NCBI RefSeq assembly: GCF_009914755.1
Contig: NC_060930.1
Direction: 5' to 3' (one strand)
From: the human T2T-CHM13v2.0 reference genome, Homo sapiens
DNA length: 64,000 nt
Under the pieces are notes generated by a model. That model had not been told where the DNA came from. It saw only the letters and a program-made list of their open reading frames with translations, and did not search any database. Numbering within the stretch: position 1 is the first letter of the stretch; every line of letters starts with the position of its first letter. This document shows, in pieces, positions 27,761 to 44,249 of the stretch. A program made the position numbers and the translations under genes.

Positions 27761-28603
27761 GCCTTGTGATTTTAGAACTGAAAGAAGCTAATTTCTCATT
27801 TGTGCAGCCCATTTCATCAATGGACATTAAAAGTTCTGTTTAAAGTGCTAGTTAATTTACCGATTGCCAGGACTTAGTCAACTGAGGTAAATCCAAAATG
27901 TGTTTGATATACTTCAGTAAGCAAAAAGGGTACTTTTTTCAGTAAACTGGAGTTAAAGACGTATTTACTTTTAGGCGGAAAGACTATTTGTAAGGCATTA
28001 TGACAATTGCTGAATCTAAATCAGTATAAACATAGAATTCCGTTAAAAGTATTTTAAAAATTGGGTTGATTCTGGTTAGTTTGCCAATGAAGTCATTGAA
28101 TAAATGTTGCAAAAAGCTAGAGAAATCTGTGCAATGTTCAGAATTTGACCTAGATTGCATATGGGTTTTAAAAAATGCCACCACATTCATTATTGTGAGT
28201 AATTACTTATAAATATATAACAATACACTTTGCAAATATGAAATGCTCGTGTAGAGTATTAAATGCCGGTAATCCTTAAGTATTCTGAAAAGTAAAATTA
28301 TTTCCCCAGTTGTTTCTGCTTTCATGTAAAGAGTAATCAATGAGCTTGTTTTTATTAGCATTTCTGTTGGTGTGTTTACGTCTTGATGGCTCAAAGCTTA
28401 AAGAAAAAGCAAAGCAATATAAATTCTACTGATAGTAATAAAAATATTAAAGCTGAGAAAGAACCACTTGTAGCTTCATATCTTCATGTGGCTAAGTTGG
28501 TTTTGGTGAATTTTCTGTGTAAAAAGCAACCAATAAACTAAACCCAACATCTCCCAACGGCATTTTCTTTTTCTGTGGTTGAATGGTGGAAAGAAGGCAG
28601 TAG

Positions 28604-28620
28604 TGTGCCACCTGGTGGTT
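28604..28620 (-). promoter_or_regulatory. Candidate CTCF binding site
   Basis: Minus strand reads AACCACCAGGTGGCACA, matching the CTCF core CCASYAGRKGGCR; lies in non-repeat DNA. Confidence 0.6.
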
Positions 28621-28886
28621 CAACATGGATTGACATAGTAGAGTTTCCCCAACCCTGTATTAACCGAATTTAAAACATAACCATTATTTCCTCAGCTACC
28701 AATTCTTTCCTCCTTGGAGATATTTATTTTTCTTATTCTAAAGAATACTCATCAGGTACCATTATTCTGTTTGGAGATTGGAAATACGTTAAAATTAAAA
28801 CAATCACCTCTAATATGCTTCTCACAGCTTGTCTATCCACAGACATTTGCCATTTGTGTTATACCTATGATATTTAATTACATTCA

Positions 28887-29300
<414 letters not shown>

Positions 29301-29648
29301 CTAGAAATGGAGATACATTAACAAGATATCGCCTCTTTGAGTGAAGATGAAGTGATCTTGAATAAAGAACACCAAAGTTTCAAACCAGAAATGCATACTT
29401 TGTTTTATATGCCTACACAAAAGAAAATCTTTATCCACAATTTATATTTTTTAAAAATCAGATGAATGCATTTTACTCTTTTTCTAACAGTGTCTGTTTT
29501 TTCATTTTCTACTTGAATGGAATGCAAATTTATACTATAACTTCTAAGATTATAACCTTTTTAAAAGCCTTCATAACCTCAAGAATCCCAGCAGGCCAGG
29601 TTAAATAACAGCATGACTGCTTTCAGCCAAAGGCCTATGCAAAGCTAG

Positions 29649-29684
<36 letters not shown>

Positions 29685-30345
29685 TCAAAATATATCTGTT
29701 TCAGACAGAAGAAAATTAGGATTTGACAGGAGTAGAAAAAAGTATGATTTCAAGTTTAATTCTGCAAGGTGAACTTCAGAACACTACCTCATTGATTGGG
29801 CTGATTTAGCAGCACTGTCTAAAATTCTTCTGGCTCTGATTTTAAAGGCAATCTTTGCACTAGGACAAAAGATCAAAAGTTAACATCTGGATTGGTGATA
29901 GTAAATTACCATTTCTGGTTTTTTTTCTTCAGTGATATTAATTACAATACCCCTCACCCAGTGAAACTTCAGCAAGGATTTTAGATAAATAAGGCACAAT
30001 CTGAGGTAGAATGAGAATCTTGAAACCCTATCCTAAGCTCAAGGATAGTACAAAAATAGATTTTTGGGCTAGAGTTGTAAGATGGATCTGCCATACACAT
30101 GTAACAGACATACCATAGTCTAGAATGCAAAAGCTTATCTAGACTTGAGAAAGGCAGGGTTAACTGTGGAGAGTAACATTTTGTGGTCACTGTTGAATGT
30201 ACTCTTTCAAATAGGTAAAGTGCATACTGATTAGGCTGAGCATCTGATTAAACATCAAATTGTAGAAATCAGTGTTTATTTGAAAAGTGAACTGAGCATT
30301 CACATAGATGAAGTAATTTCTGGTATCTTAATAGACAGCCTCTGA

Positions 30346-30677
<332 letters not shown>

Positions 30678-30840
30678 AGTCATTTTTATACAAAGCCAGA
30701 TGTCTGAATATTCTAGTGAGCGGCATCTACAGTTCTTGGTGCAAACTTTGAAGCAAATGTTATAGCTCCATCAGGCATATGCAAATCACTGTCCAAAGTC
30801 TTATTGATGAGAGAAACCAGCTTCATTGGGTTATAATCAA

Positions 30841-31071
30841 ATCATAGCTCACTGCAGCCTCAAACTCTTGGGGTCAAGGATCCTCCTGCCTCAGTCTCCC
30901 GAGTAGCTGGGGCTACAGGCATGTGCTACCACTCCCAGCTTATTAAAATATTGTAAAGGTGGAATCTTGCTATATTGTTCAGGCTGGTCTTGAACTCCTG
31001 GCCTAAAGTGATCCTCTTGCCTCAGCCTCCCAAAATGCTTGTATTACAGGTGCAAGCCACAGTGCCTGGCC
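30841..31071 (-). mobile_element. AluJ lacking its 3' end and tail
   Basis: Begins abruptly at ATCATAGCTCACTGCAGCC. Confidence 0.88.
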
Positions 31072-31810
31072 AGTCCTGCATCTTTTAGACTATTTAGAAA
31101 ATAGCAGGAGGCTGCATGGTGGAGAGGAAAGAGCATTTAACTTAGAGTCTCTTCTGTGAGTAGAAATGCTTTTAGACTTTGATGTCAAAGAGGTTTATTT
31201 CTTGCTGGATTTCTTATATATTAAGCGAATTCTGCAACTATCTGTAAGATAATTGAGCAATCATTAGATCTATCTGGCTTTATATGGAGCCCTCATAATT
31301 TGGGGCATAAACTAATTAAAGAGTAATTACAACTAACCGATTCTGTGGTCCACTTTCAGTTCAAACTTTAAGTAGGAAGTGAGTCTTTTTAACAGAGGGG
31401 CTTTCGCATGCTCCTCACATTGCCAATGCGCCTAACCGAGCTGATGGGGTCAGAGAGAACAAGACCACTCAAATGGACACAGGTATAGGACGAGGGCTCA
31501 GAAGGAAGGAGGCTGCCGTCCCAGAGTCACCTTTCTTAGTGAGGAGGGCTGGCAGCCAGCGTATTGGAGGGAATCAAACTTCTCCATGGAAATCAAGTCC
31601 TGACGGTAAGCTCAGTGAGAGCAGTGTCCAAGAACGATTCTGGAAAACAGCAAAAGACCAAAGACGTCAAACCAGCTTCGTTTTGAAATATTTTTCATCG
31701 AAACAGATTCAGAGTTATTACGTGAGCCTGAGCGAGGGGGAAACAGTGATGGTTGTCAGAATCCCAGGACTGGACTACTGTACTCAAGAGTATGTTATAA
31801 GCCATATCTA

Positions 31811-32655
<845 letters not shown>

Positions 32656-32713
32656 ATGTCATAGTTCAGCAGTTCTCAATATTTCTTGTTATCATCTTCA
32701 TAAGGGCTTGAGT

Positions 32714-32907
32714 TAGGATTGTCAGATCATGTACAGGATGCTCAGTTGAACTTGAATTTCAGATAAAAATCAAACATTCCTTTTAGTGTCAGTATGTCCC
32801 GAGTATTGCATGGAACATACTAGTACTAAAAAGTTATTCATTGTTTATTTGAAATTCAAATTTAGCTGGATAGTCTGTGTTTTTATTTGCTAAGTCTGAT
32901 AATCCTA
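32714..32907. mobile_element. MER53 palindromic hAT MITE
   Basis: Inverted ends TAGGATTGTCAGA...TCTGATAATCCTA; central AGTATGTCCC/GGAACATACT dyad. Confidence 0.85.
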
Positions 32908-33083
32908 TCTGGAGTGCCTTTGTCATAGTTATGGCAATGAGGAAATGAGTCAATTACCTGGACTCAGTGGATTCTTCTTGGTGCCTACTAGAGTCAGCAA
33001 AAACAGAAAAGTGGAAATGCTTTTAGACTTCTGTCTCAGTGATGTTTATTTCTAACTATATAGTTGGCCATGTGTATCCTCGG

Positions 33084-33655
33084 TGTGGTGGTAATACTGA
33101 GTGTCAACTTGATTGGACTGAAGGATGCAAAGTATTGATCCTGGGTGTGTCTGTGAGTGTGTTGCCAAAGGAGATTAACATTTGAGTCAGTTGGCCGGGG
33201 AAGGCAGACCCACCCTTAATCTGGATGAGCACACTCTAATCAGCTGCCAGTGAATATAAAGCAGGCAGAAAAACGTGAAAAGGTGAGACTGGCCTAGCCT
33301 CCAAGCCTACATCTTTCTCCCATGCTGGATGCTTCCCTAGCCTCCAAGTCTACATCTTTCTCCCATGCTGGATGCTTCCTGCCTTCAAACATTGGATTCC
33401 AAATTCTCCAGTTTTGAGACTTGGCCTGGCTCTTCCCATGCTGGATGCTTCCTGCCCTCAAACATTGGATTCCAAATTCTCCAATTTTGAGACTTGAACT
33501 GGCTCTCCTTGATCCTCAGCTTGCAGACAGCCTATTGTGGGACCTTGTGATCCTGTAAGTTAATATTTAATTAACTCCCATATCTATGTCTGTGTCTATA
33601 TGTATCTATCTATATCTTATTAGTTCTGTCCTTCTAGGGAACCCTGACTAATACA
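33084..33655 (+). mobile_element. MLT2A1/A2 (HERV-L) solo LTR with internal tandem duplications
   Basis: TGTGGTGGTAATACTGAGTGTCAACTTGATTGG...ACCCTGACTAATACA; 5-bp TSD CTCGG at 33079-33083 and 33656-33660. Confidence 0.92.
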
Positions 33656-33993
33656 CTCGGGTTCCAAATTTTTGGATTCAATCAACCTCGGATTGACAAT
33701 ATATGACAAAAACATAATAAAAAAATTAAAAAATCAATATAGTATAGCAACAATTTACATAGCTTTGAAGTACAGTATGTGTTGATTAATGATGAGATAC
33801 ATTTTGAGAAATGATGAATCACTGGGCAATTTCATCCTTGTGCGAATGAACACCGTGGAGTGCAGTTGCACAGACCCAGATGGTGGAGCCTGCCGCACAC
33901 CTAGGCTGTGTGGTAGAAACCTTTGCTCCCAGGTCACAAAACTGCACAGGCTGGTACTGTACTGAATACTGTAGGCAATTGTGACACAATGGT

Positions 33994-34324
<331 letters not shown>

Positions 34325-34607
34325 TGTAGTGGTGTACAGTGGTGTACAGGTGTACCATTGTTGAATGAATGGTGCTCACAGGACTGGAGGCTGCTCTGGG
34401 TGAGTCAGTGAGTGATTTGGCAGTGAAAGTGATGGCTCAGGAAGTTACTGTACCCTACTGTCAACTTTGTAAACACTGTACACTTAGGCTATACTACATT
34501 TATTAAAATTGTTTTTTCTTTCTCCGATAATAAACAGCCTATGGTAGCTTTTTAACTTCATAAACTTTAATTTAAAAAAATTTTGACTCTTATGTAATAA
34601 AACTTAG

Positions 34608-35059
<452 letters not shown>

Positions 35060-35239
35060 TAGGCCTACACAGGGTCAGGATCATCAATATCATTGGCCTC
35101 CATGTCCACATCTTGTCCCACTGGCCGGTCTTCAGGCATAACGGCACACATGGGGCTGTCATCTCCTATGGTAAAAATGCCTTCTTCTGGAATCCCTCTG
35201 AAGGATCTGCCTGAGACCGGTCTACTGTCTACTGTTAAC

Positions 35240-35537
35240 TTTTTTCCTTTTTTTTTTTTTTTTTTGAGATGAAATCTTGCTCTGTCACCCAGAGTGGAGT
35301 GCAGTGACGCCATCTTGGTTCACTGCAACGTCCACCTTCTGGGTTCAAGTGATTCTCGTGCCTCAACTTCCTGAGTAGCTGGGATTACAGGTGTGCGCCA
35401 TCACGCCTGGCTCATTTTTGTTTTTTTAATAGAGACGAGGTTCCACCATGTTGGTCTTGAACTCCTGACCTCAGGTAATCTGCCCGCCTCAGCCTCCCAA
35501 AGTGCTGGGATTATACACATGAGCCACCGTGCCCGGC
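35240..35537 (-). mobile_element. AluS
   Basis: Full Alu reverse complement; AACTTTTTT on both flanks. Confidence 0.93.
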
Positions 35538-35610
35538 CAACTTTTTTCTTTTTTTATAAGTAGAAGCAATGCACTCCAAGATGATGATACAAAGTATAGT
35601 AAATACATAA

Positions 35611-35910
<300 letters not shown>

Positions 35911-36767
35911 TGACTGGCAGCACAGTGGGTTCGTGTACTCCAGCATCACCACAAACATGTAAGGCACGTGCTGGACCACCAGGTCAGGCCCAGGTTAGGA
36001 TGGCTAAGACATCACTGGGCAATAGGAATGTTTCAGCTCCATTATAATCTTCTAGGGCCACTGCTGTTGATGCAGTCTGCTGTTGACCAAAACATCATTA
36101 TGCGGTGCGTAACTGTACGCAGGAGGGTGTGCAAATATGCAAATAATATGTCACTTTATATAAGGGACTTGAGCATCCTTGGAATTTGGTATCCTTGGGA
36201 GTTTGGGAGATCCTGGAACCAATACCCCCTGTGTTGTTGAACCATACCGAGGGATGACTGTATTTGCTACATGTTAAGCTGATTCTGCAACTAACTGGCT
36301 GTAGGACATTGTGCAAATCACCTGACATGTCTGGGCCTCAGTGTTCTCATTTGTTAAATGAGGGAGCAGAACTATCTGCTTTCAAAGGTCTCTTCCAGCC
36401 GTTTATGTCTGTCATTCAAGGAAATGCTTCTTAAAGGAACATTTTAAAAAGCCTAGCTTATGAAAGCATTAGGAAGCACTTAGCTATTTTTATAGTTTGG
36501 ATCAAAATTATAAGCTGTCGCTTCTTGGAAAGCTTTATTACCTCCACTTCTTAACAAAGGCTGAAGTTTAATATCATTATGTGCCCCATAATGAGGAGGC
36601 CCTAATTCAGGAGGGCGTTCATGATGATGATCACTTAAAAAGATCACTGATTTGAGAAATGGTTCAAGTCTTAATGGGCGCTGAGAATGAAGGCTGAGCG
36701 ATTACTTCTTTCCTGGGCTGGTAGTGTTGATGTTTGCTCTGCTAATTGTACTTAATTTACTGTGAAG

Positions 36768-37075
<308 letters not shown>

Positions 37076-37358
37076 TACTGTGAAGTTTTTTAAGAGACTT
37101 CTGTTGCTCTGAGTGATGGTGCTACTGGGTGAGGCACTGAACTTGGAGACTATTAGTCCAAGCTACGTGAGACTTAATAGTAAAGACTCCTGAATTTCTT
37201 TTTAAGTAATTTTATTTTGAGTAAATGTATTTTATTTTTTGAAAGTCCATTTAATTTTTAATTTACAAAGTCATTCATGACTGAGTCAATTTAAACAACT
37301 CAGGAAAAACCTCAAACCCCAACGAAATTCCACTAGCTAACTGGATATATTTTAGTAA

Positions 37359-37758
<400 letters not shown>

Positions 37759-37852
37759 TAGACACAGAAATAATTTTGTCCATCTGTTTGTGAAAAATTT
37801 GTGAAAAATCAGGAGTTGGTAATATCACCAATGGTTCTTAAAAATGAGACCA

Positions 37853-38028
37853 GGCTAGGGGTGGTGGCTCATATCTGTAAGCACTTTGGGAGGCCAAGGT
37901 GGGTGAATAGCTTGAGCCTGGGAGGTCAAGGCTGCAGTAAGCCGAGGTCACGCCCCTGCACCCCAGCCTAGGTGACACTGGGGGACAAAGCCAGACCCTG
38001 TTTTTTGCTTCTATTTTTGTTTTTTTTT
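37853..38028 (+). mobile_element. Alu monomer (FRAM/FAM-like or collapsed AluJ) with a T-rich tail
   Basis: Single monomer flanked by AAAAATGAGACCA and AAAAAAGAGACCA. Confidence 0.8.
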
Positions 38029-38154
38029 AAAAAAGAGACCAGATAGGTATTCCTTAAAAATGGTTCTAGAGGAGCCAGTCGGCAGTTGGGATAGTGGAAA
38101 TGGGAATGTCAAGAACTGAAGAGAAATGAAAGAAAATAACCTGTTGAAAAAGCT

Positions 38155-38393
38155 GGCCAGCCATGGTTGCTCACCCCTGAAATCCCAGCACTTTTGGAGG
38201 TCGAGGTGGGTGGGTTGCTTGAGCTCAGTAGTTTGAGACCAGCCTGCGCAACATGCGACACCCCATCTCTACAAAAGGATACAAAAATTAGCCGGGCATG
38301 GTGGCACACACCTCTAGTCCCAGCTATTCAGGAGGCTGAGGTGGGAGGATCGCTTGAGCCCATGAGGTCGAGGCTGCAGTGAGCTGAGACTGC
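38155..38393 (+). mobile_element. AluJ, 3'-truncated
   Basis: Stops at GAGCTGAGACTGC with no tail. Confidence 0.9.
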
Positions 38394-39890
38394 CCTTCCC
38401 TGCAATTTCCTTCCTCCAACTGGGTCAGGACGTCTGAAGCCACATGAGGTGACAAGTCAGCAGGATGAAAGGCAAGAAAGATAAAAGTCAGTGTCTTTCA
38501 CTTTACTGACCCACAAATTACTCTGCACCTCCAACTTCTGGGCATTTTGTTTTATCAGGTCCTCGTTGGTGTTTGATTTGGGGCTGCAACATAAGAGGAA
38601 CTATGTATTTCCCCCAGTTAATCCCGTTTTTGAAGTAGGAAGGGGCTGACTTATATACAAAGAGAAATTGACATTAACTGGGAAATATATCACCCCTGGA
38701 AACAAACCATTACCTGGTGATCTATTTTTCCTTGATTTAAATTGTTTCTTAATTGGAATTGTTACCCGCTTGACTTGGACAGTTTTGTTTTCTATTTATT
38801 TTCCACCCACCACACAGGGGTATTTGAATAATCTTGCACGGTAAGCTATCAAATGTAATTTAAAATAAGAGGAGTCATTATTCATTATACATTGTGTTCA
38901 CATTCGCAATAGCTTTCTTTACCTTGTTAGACCTCAACCACCTTCAGTTCACGAAGGAAAGCTAAGCCACAAATCAGTAGTCTCGCGATTTAAGTTGTAC
39001 TTTTGCTCCAAAGATGATATGAGAGTTGAAAAACAAGACCATTTATTTACCTGGACCTGGGAAAGTAATTCTCATCTGAAAACCAGGTGTCTCTGGTTCT
39101 TCCACTAAGATTGATTGCTTTGAGTGTCAGCCAGCCCAGGCTGAGCATTCCTGAGTAATTAGGATTCACTTCATTGGCAGGCGAGTGCTGACCTCACCTT
39201 GCAAAGCTCTCTGAAGTGTCTGAGCAGAGGGTCCACTCCTCCCCGGCATACCTTTGCAGCAATATCCTGGCAGATACTTTATGTCATGTTGCCATGAACT
39301 GCATTGTTCTGCCCCAAGCCCCAGGCTACTGGAAAAAATGGTAAGTGTTCCAAGTTTAAGCTAAATAATATGTTTTTAATGAGATCATGTGCGTTGCGGA
39401 TCAAAAGCATCACCAAAAGGTAAAAAGTTCAAAAAGCCCTTTACATGCACAGTGAGTTTGACCAAAGTGGCTTTCATGATCTTTCTGATAGAATTTTAAA
39501 AAGCACTTTCAAGTTTCTGATCCTAAATGTTACACTTCAGCAGGTTTTCTCCTTGCCTTTCATCACACAGAGACAGGAGCGATTCGGTGGTAGGGTACAT
39601 CTATTAGCAGGACAATAACAATGCTTTGCAATCTGTGTGCTGCTGAACATAACAGGGTCTAGGAGCACTGGGGAGTGTTGTTGCAGTGGTCTGGCAATCT
39701 GATAGAATATTATCCCTTCAAAACACTGGGGAAAACCCACTAAAGCAAGCCCTGGCTTAGGAGAATTGGAGTTCTGCTCAAACCACATCTACTTCATGAG
39801 ACTTTCCTAGAAATCTCCTCCATTAGAATTAACAGGAGGAAGGGAGAAATAAATCAGCATTTGCTGAGTTTCTATGAAATAATAAATACA

Positions 39891-40186
39891 GGCTGGGCCC
39901 AGTGGTTTGCGCCCGGAATCCCAGCATTTTGGGAGGCTGAGGCAGGAGGATTGCTTGAGGCCATGGGTTCAAGGCCAGCCTGGGCAACATAGTTAGATCC
40001 TTGACTCTATTAAAAAAAATAGCCAGGCATGGTGGTGTGTGGCTACAGTACTAGCTACTTGGGAAGCTGTGGCAGGTGCATCACTTGAGCCCAAGAGTTT
40101 GAGGTTGCAGTGAGCGCTGACCACGGCACTGCACACTCCTGCCTGAGTGACAGAGCACGACCTTGTCTCAAAAAAAAAAAAAAAAA
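39891..40186 (+). mobile_element. AluJ
   Basis: Full dimer with A tail. Confidence 0.92.
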
Positions 40187-40257
40187 TCACATGTTGGGGT
40201 CTTTAGATGTATTATTTCATTTAAACTTCAAATATCCTTAGGAGGTGGCGACTGTTA

Positions 40258-40632
<375 letters not shown>

Positions 40633-40789
40633 TCAAATCATCCTTGTATAAAATTAACTTTTAAAAATAGCCTTAACTTTTAGGCTCTGTGAGGTGAGAG
40701 AGCAGAGGCCATGCACTTACTACTACCATTCATGGGCCCACTGAATGTTGGCTTCAGTGTCAGATTCTCTTATATGTATGTCATCTCCT

Positions 40790-40945
40790 TTAATATTTAA
40801 AAATCTCTGGAGTTTGATATTGTTTTGCTCATATCATAGATGAAGAAATTGTCTGAGAGATTGAGTAACTTGCTTAAAATCACCCAGTCAGTAAGTGGCA
40901 ATGCTGAAATTTGAACTCAGTTCTGCGAGTGTAAAGCCCACATTT
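40790..40945 (-). mobile_element. MIR
   Basis: CATAGATGAAGAAATTG...GAGTAACTTGCTTAAAATCACCCAGTCAGTAAGTGGC. Confidence 0.7.
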
Positions 40946-41184
40946 CTCTAGTAATATCTAGTATTTCTCTAGAAATAACATTTCTAGAGTCTTCTTGCCT
41001 CCAATCTTGGTGTTGCCCCTAGCAAAGTGTGCTTCATTGTTTCTCCAAATGAATGTATTGTGAATGATCCATTTTCCAACAAGTAGACCTGCCTTCCAGG
41101 CCCTCATCACTAGATTGCAAGCCACCTCAACACATTTGCCCGTGCCGTCTCAACACGCTTCCAACTCCGGCTTGGACTAAGTGT

Positions 41185-41345
41185 GACTCAAGGACAGTAG
41201 CATCAGCGTCACCTGGCACTTCATGGAAATGCACATTCTTGGATTCTTTTTCAGGCTCTGAATCTGGGGTGGCTCCCAGGAATGTGTATTTTAAAATCAA
41301 GCTTTGCAAGTGATTTTTATGCATGCTGAAGTTCAGAAACCACTT
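41185..41345. mobile_element. MER5A-like MITE
   Basis: AGCATCAGCGTCACCTGG...GAAATGCACATTCT...GTGATTTTTATGCATGCTGAAGTTCAGAAACCACT. Confidence 0.7.
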
Positions 41346-41411
41346 ACTTAACTGCTTTTCTTGCATCTAGGCATGAATCATTCCCTCTATCCTTTAGAGA
41401 GCTGCCAGTGA

Positions 41412-41700
<289 letters not shown>

Positions 41701-42696
41701 CTGCCAGTGATTTTTTGAAACACGCTTAGCCTCATGTTCTATAGGCTATAGCATACTTTCTCCCTAAGGAGACACTGTACCCTTGACATGCTTCTTTTCA
41801 GGAACCCACAACATTTTATTTGAGGGATTTGCCTACATGACCATTACACTCATTGGCATGGGCCCTTTGAGGAGTTGGTCTTCACCTATATAGCCCTAGT
41901 ATGTAGCACCTCTGAAAACTATTGAATAAATTAAGGAAACTGCTAAGTCACGTCATTTTCTTGTGGCAAGAGGGGCTGCAAAATTTATTAATTAATCTGA
42001 CATTCCTTTTTCTAAGATTTTTTGATGGTAGATTTTTCCCCAATTAAATCATATAGCTAGGAGTTGCGGGAAAAATGACAGGATCAGAGCCTGTTGTTGA
42101 AAGTCATCTACAAACATGCTGCTACTCTACTTAAGGAATCTACAATGAGATGGGTTATGCTAATTGTCCAAGCAGCCACCACTTTGCAAAGAAGCAACTG
42201 ATGAGCAGAATGTTTATTTTGCAACTAAAAAAGATTAGGAAGATTTGTCCCCCTACCTTGAAATTTTGTTGAGAGCCCCAAATTAAAAATGTCATTGACA
42301 AGCATAGTGTCTTTCTTTCTTTCTCCCTTATGGAATCCAGAGTTAGAGGTTGCCCTCTCGATAGGCAGGGTGGGAGCTGACAAAATGAGGTCGTTTTAAG
42401 GCTACTAAAGATTCCATTTTGTGAGTGAACACATGGAGGCTTATGGAGTTTCAGTAATTTATCTAGAGTTCCACTGGTGGTGAGCAATGGGGCTGGGGTG
42501 GAACTCTGGTTTGCCTGATGTAAGAGGTAATGGTCTTTCCCTGCACACTGGCCTCTCAACAGAGAGTTCGCAAAGGCCTGAGCCTCAGCATCAGATCAGG
42601 TGCTTTAAAAAAATTTCTAGGTGCCACCATGGGCCTACCAAATTAGAATCTTGGAGGTACAGCCAGGGGAATTTGTATTTTTAAAAAATGTTTGGG

Positions 42697-43022
<326 letters not shown>

Positions 43023-43129
43023 TTAAATTCTGATGCTTGTCCTTGTTTGGGAAATGTGGAAACAGGCAGCCCCATATTCAGAAGGACTTGAACCTGCCTC
43101 AGCCAACCTGGTAGGTATCACCACAAATT

Positions 43130-43312
43130 CAGTGGTTCTCAAGGGTGGTCCCCATACAGTGGCAGCAACATCATGTGGGAATTTGTTAAAAAAATGCAAA
43201 TCCTGGTGCCCCACCCAGACTGCCTAAAGGGGATCTAGGGTGGTGCCTTACAATCTGTATTTTAATAGTCTTCCAGGTGATTCTAATGGTTGCTAAAATT
43301 TGAGGAACACCG
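43130..43312. mobile_element. MER5A-like MITE
   Basis: CAGTGGTTCTCAAGGGTGGTCCC...AAATGCAAATCCT...CCAGGTGATTCT. Confidence 0.75.
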
Positions 43313-44249
43313 ATCTAATTGTTTACTGTATAAATGTACGTATTCCAGACACGGCCATTTCTAAGCTATTATCAGTTACTTGGAGCTCAGTGTAGATGAA
43401 GACTCTAAAGGAGGTGAGGAGAGACGCAGCAGCACCAGCAGCAGAGAGAGAAAGAGAGCGCGCGCTAGAGAGAGCGAGGTGAAAGGGGATGAGTGGGGTT
43501 AAGAAGGGAGGCAGGTAACTGAACAATCTACCAGACTTCCCAATTTTGCCTGAGGCCAGTCCCGCCTACCTTAGCTCCTGCCTTTCTTCTAAGAAGTAAA
43601 TGTCAAAAGTAGTTTTCTTTGAAGGTGACATAGGTATTTAACACCTCAAACAGTTAGAACCCCACCAGACAGTTTTACGATGTGATAATTTACCTCTTAC
43701 AAGTAAGTACACTTTGCCCAGGTAGAAACTGACTAGCTGAATCTGGGTTTCAGCAAGGAATTCTACTGAAACAATTTCTTCCTTTTTGAAGGCAAATCTG
43801 ATTGAGTTTTTTTTAATTGGAAAATTATGTTCCTTTGGGCTCATTATATCACCAAAATATTAGGCTAATGATTGGTCTAAAAACCAGTGTCCAGGGATTT
43901 CTGTGGTTTAAAAAGATTAAATGAAGGACTGTAGTCTTACTTCTGCACAGTACAGAATGAACACATTTTTTTTCTTTATTTAAAAGTATTCAAATAAAAC
44001 ATTCATTTTTCTGCTTTTTAAAAAGTCAAAATTTTCAAATAACTTCCAATATGCACCAATTATGTGTTGGGGATACAAGGATAAACAAGGCAGGATTCTG
44101 ATGCCCAAGGAGCTTCCAGTCCAGTGATAAACTTGTAGTCATGATTGACATGCACATATTCTATTCTCTGTCAGAAATCTCTTTGCCCAAGCTGTGTGCC
44201 TAGATATTAGTTACATAGTTGCCCATACAACTAGGTCTCTTACCCATAA

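Noticed and set aside
33293-33506. Repeat-spacer-like pattern resembling a CRISPR array
   Set aside because: Explained by two tandem duplications in a HERV-L LTR in human DNA; there are no unique spacers and no cas genes
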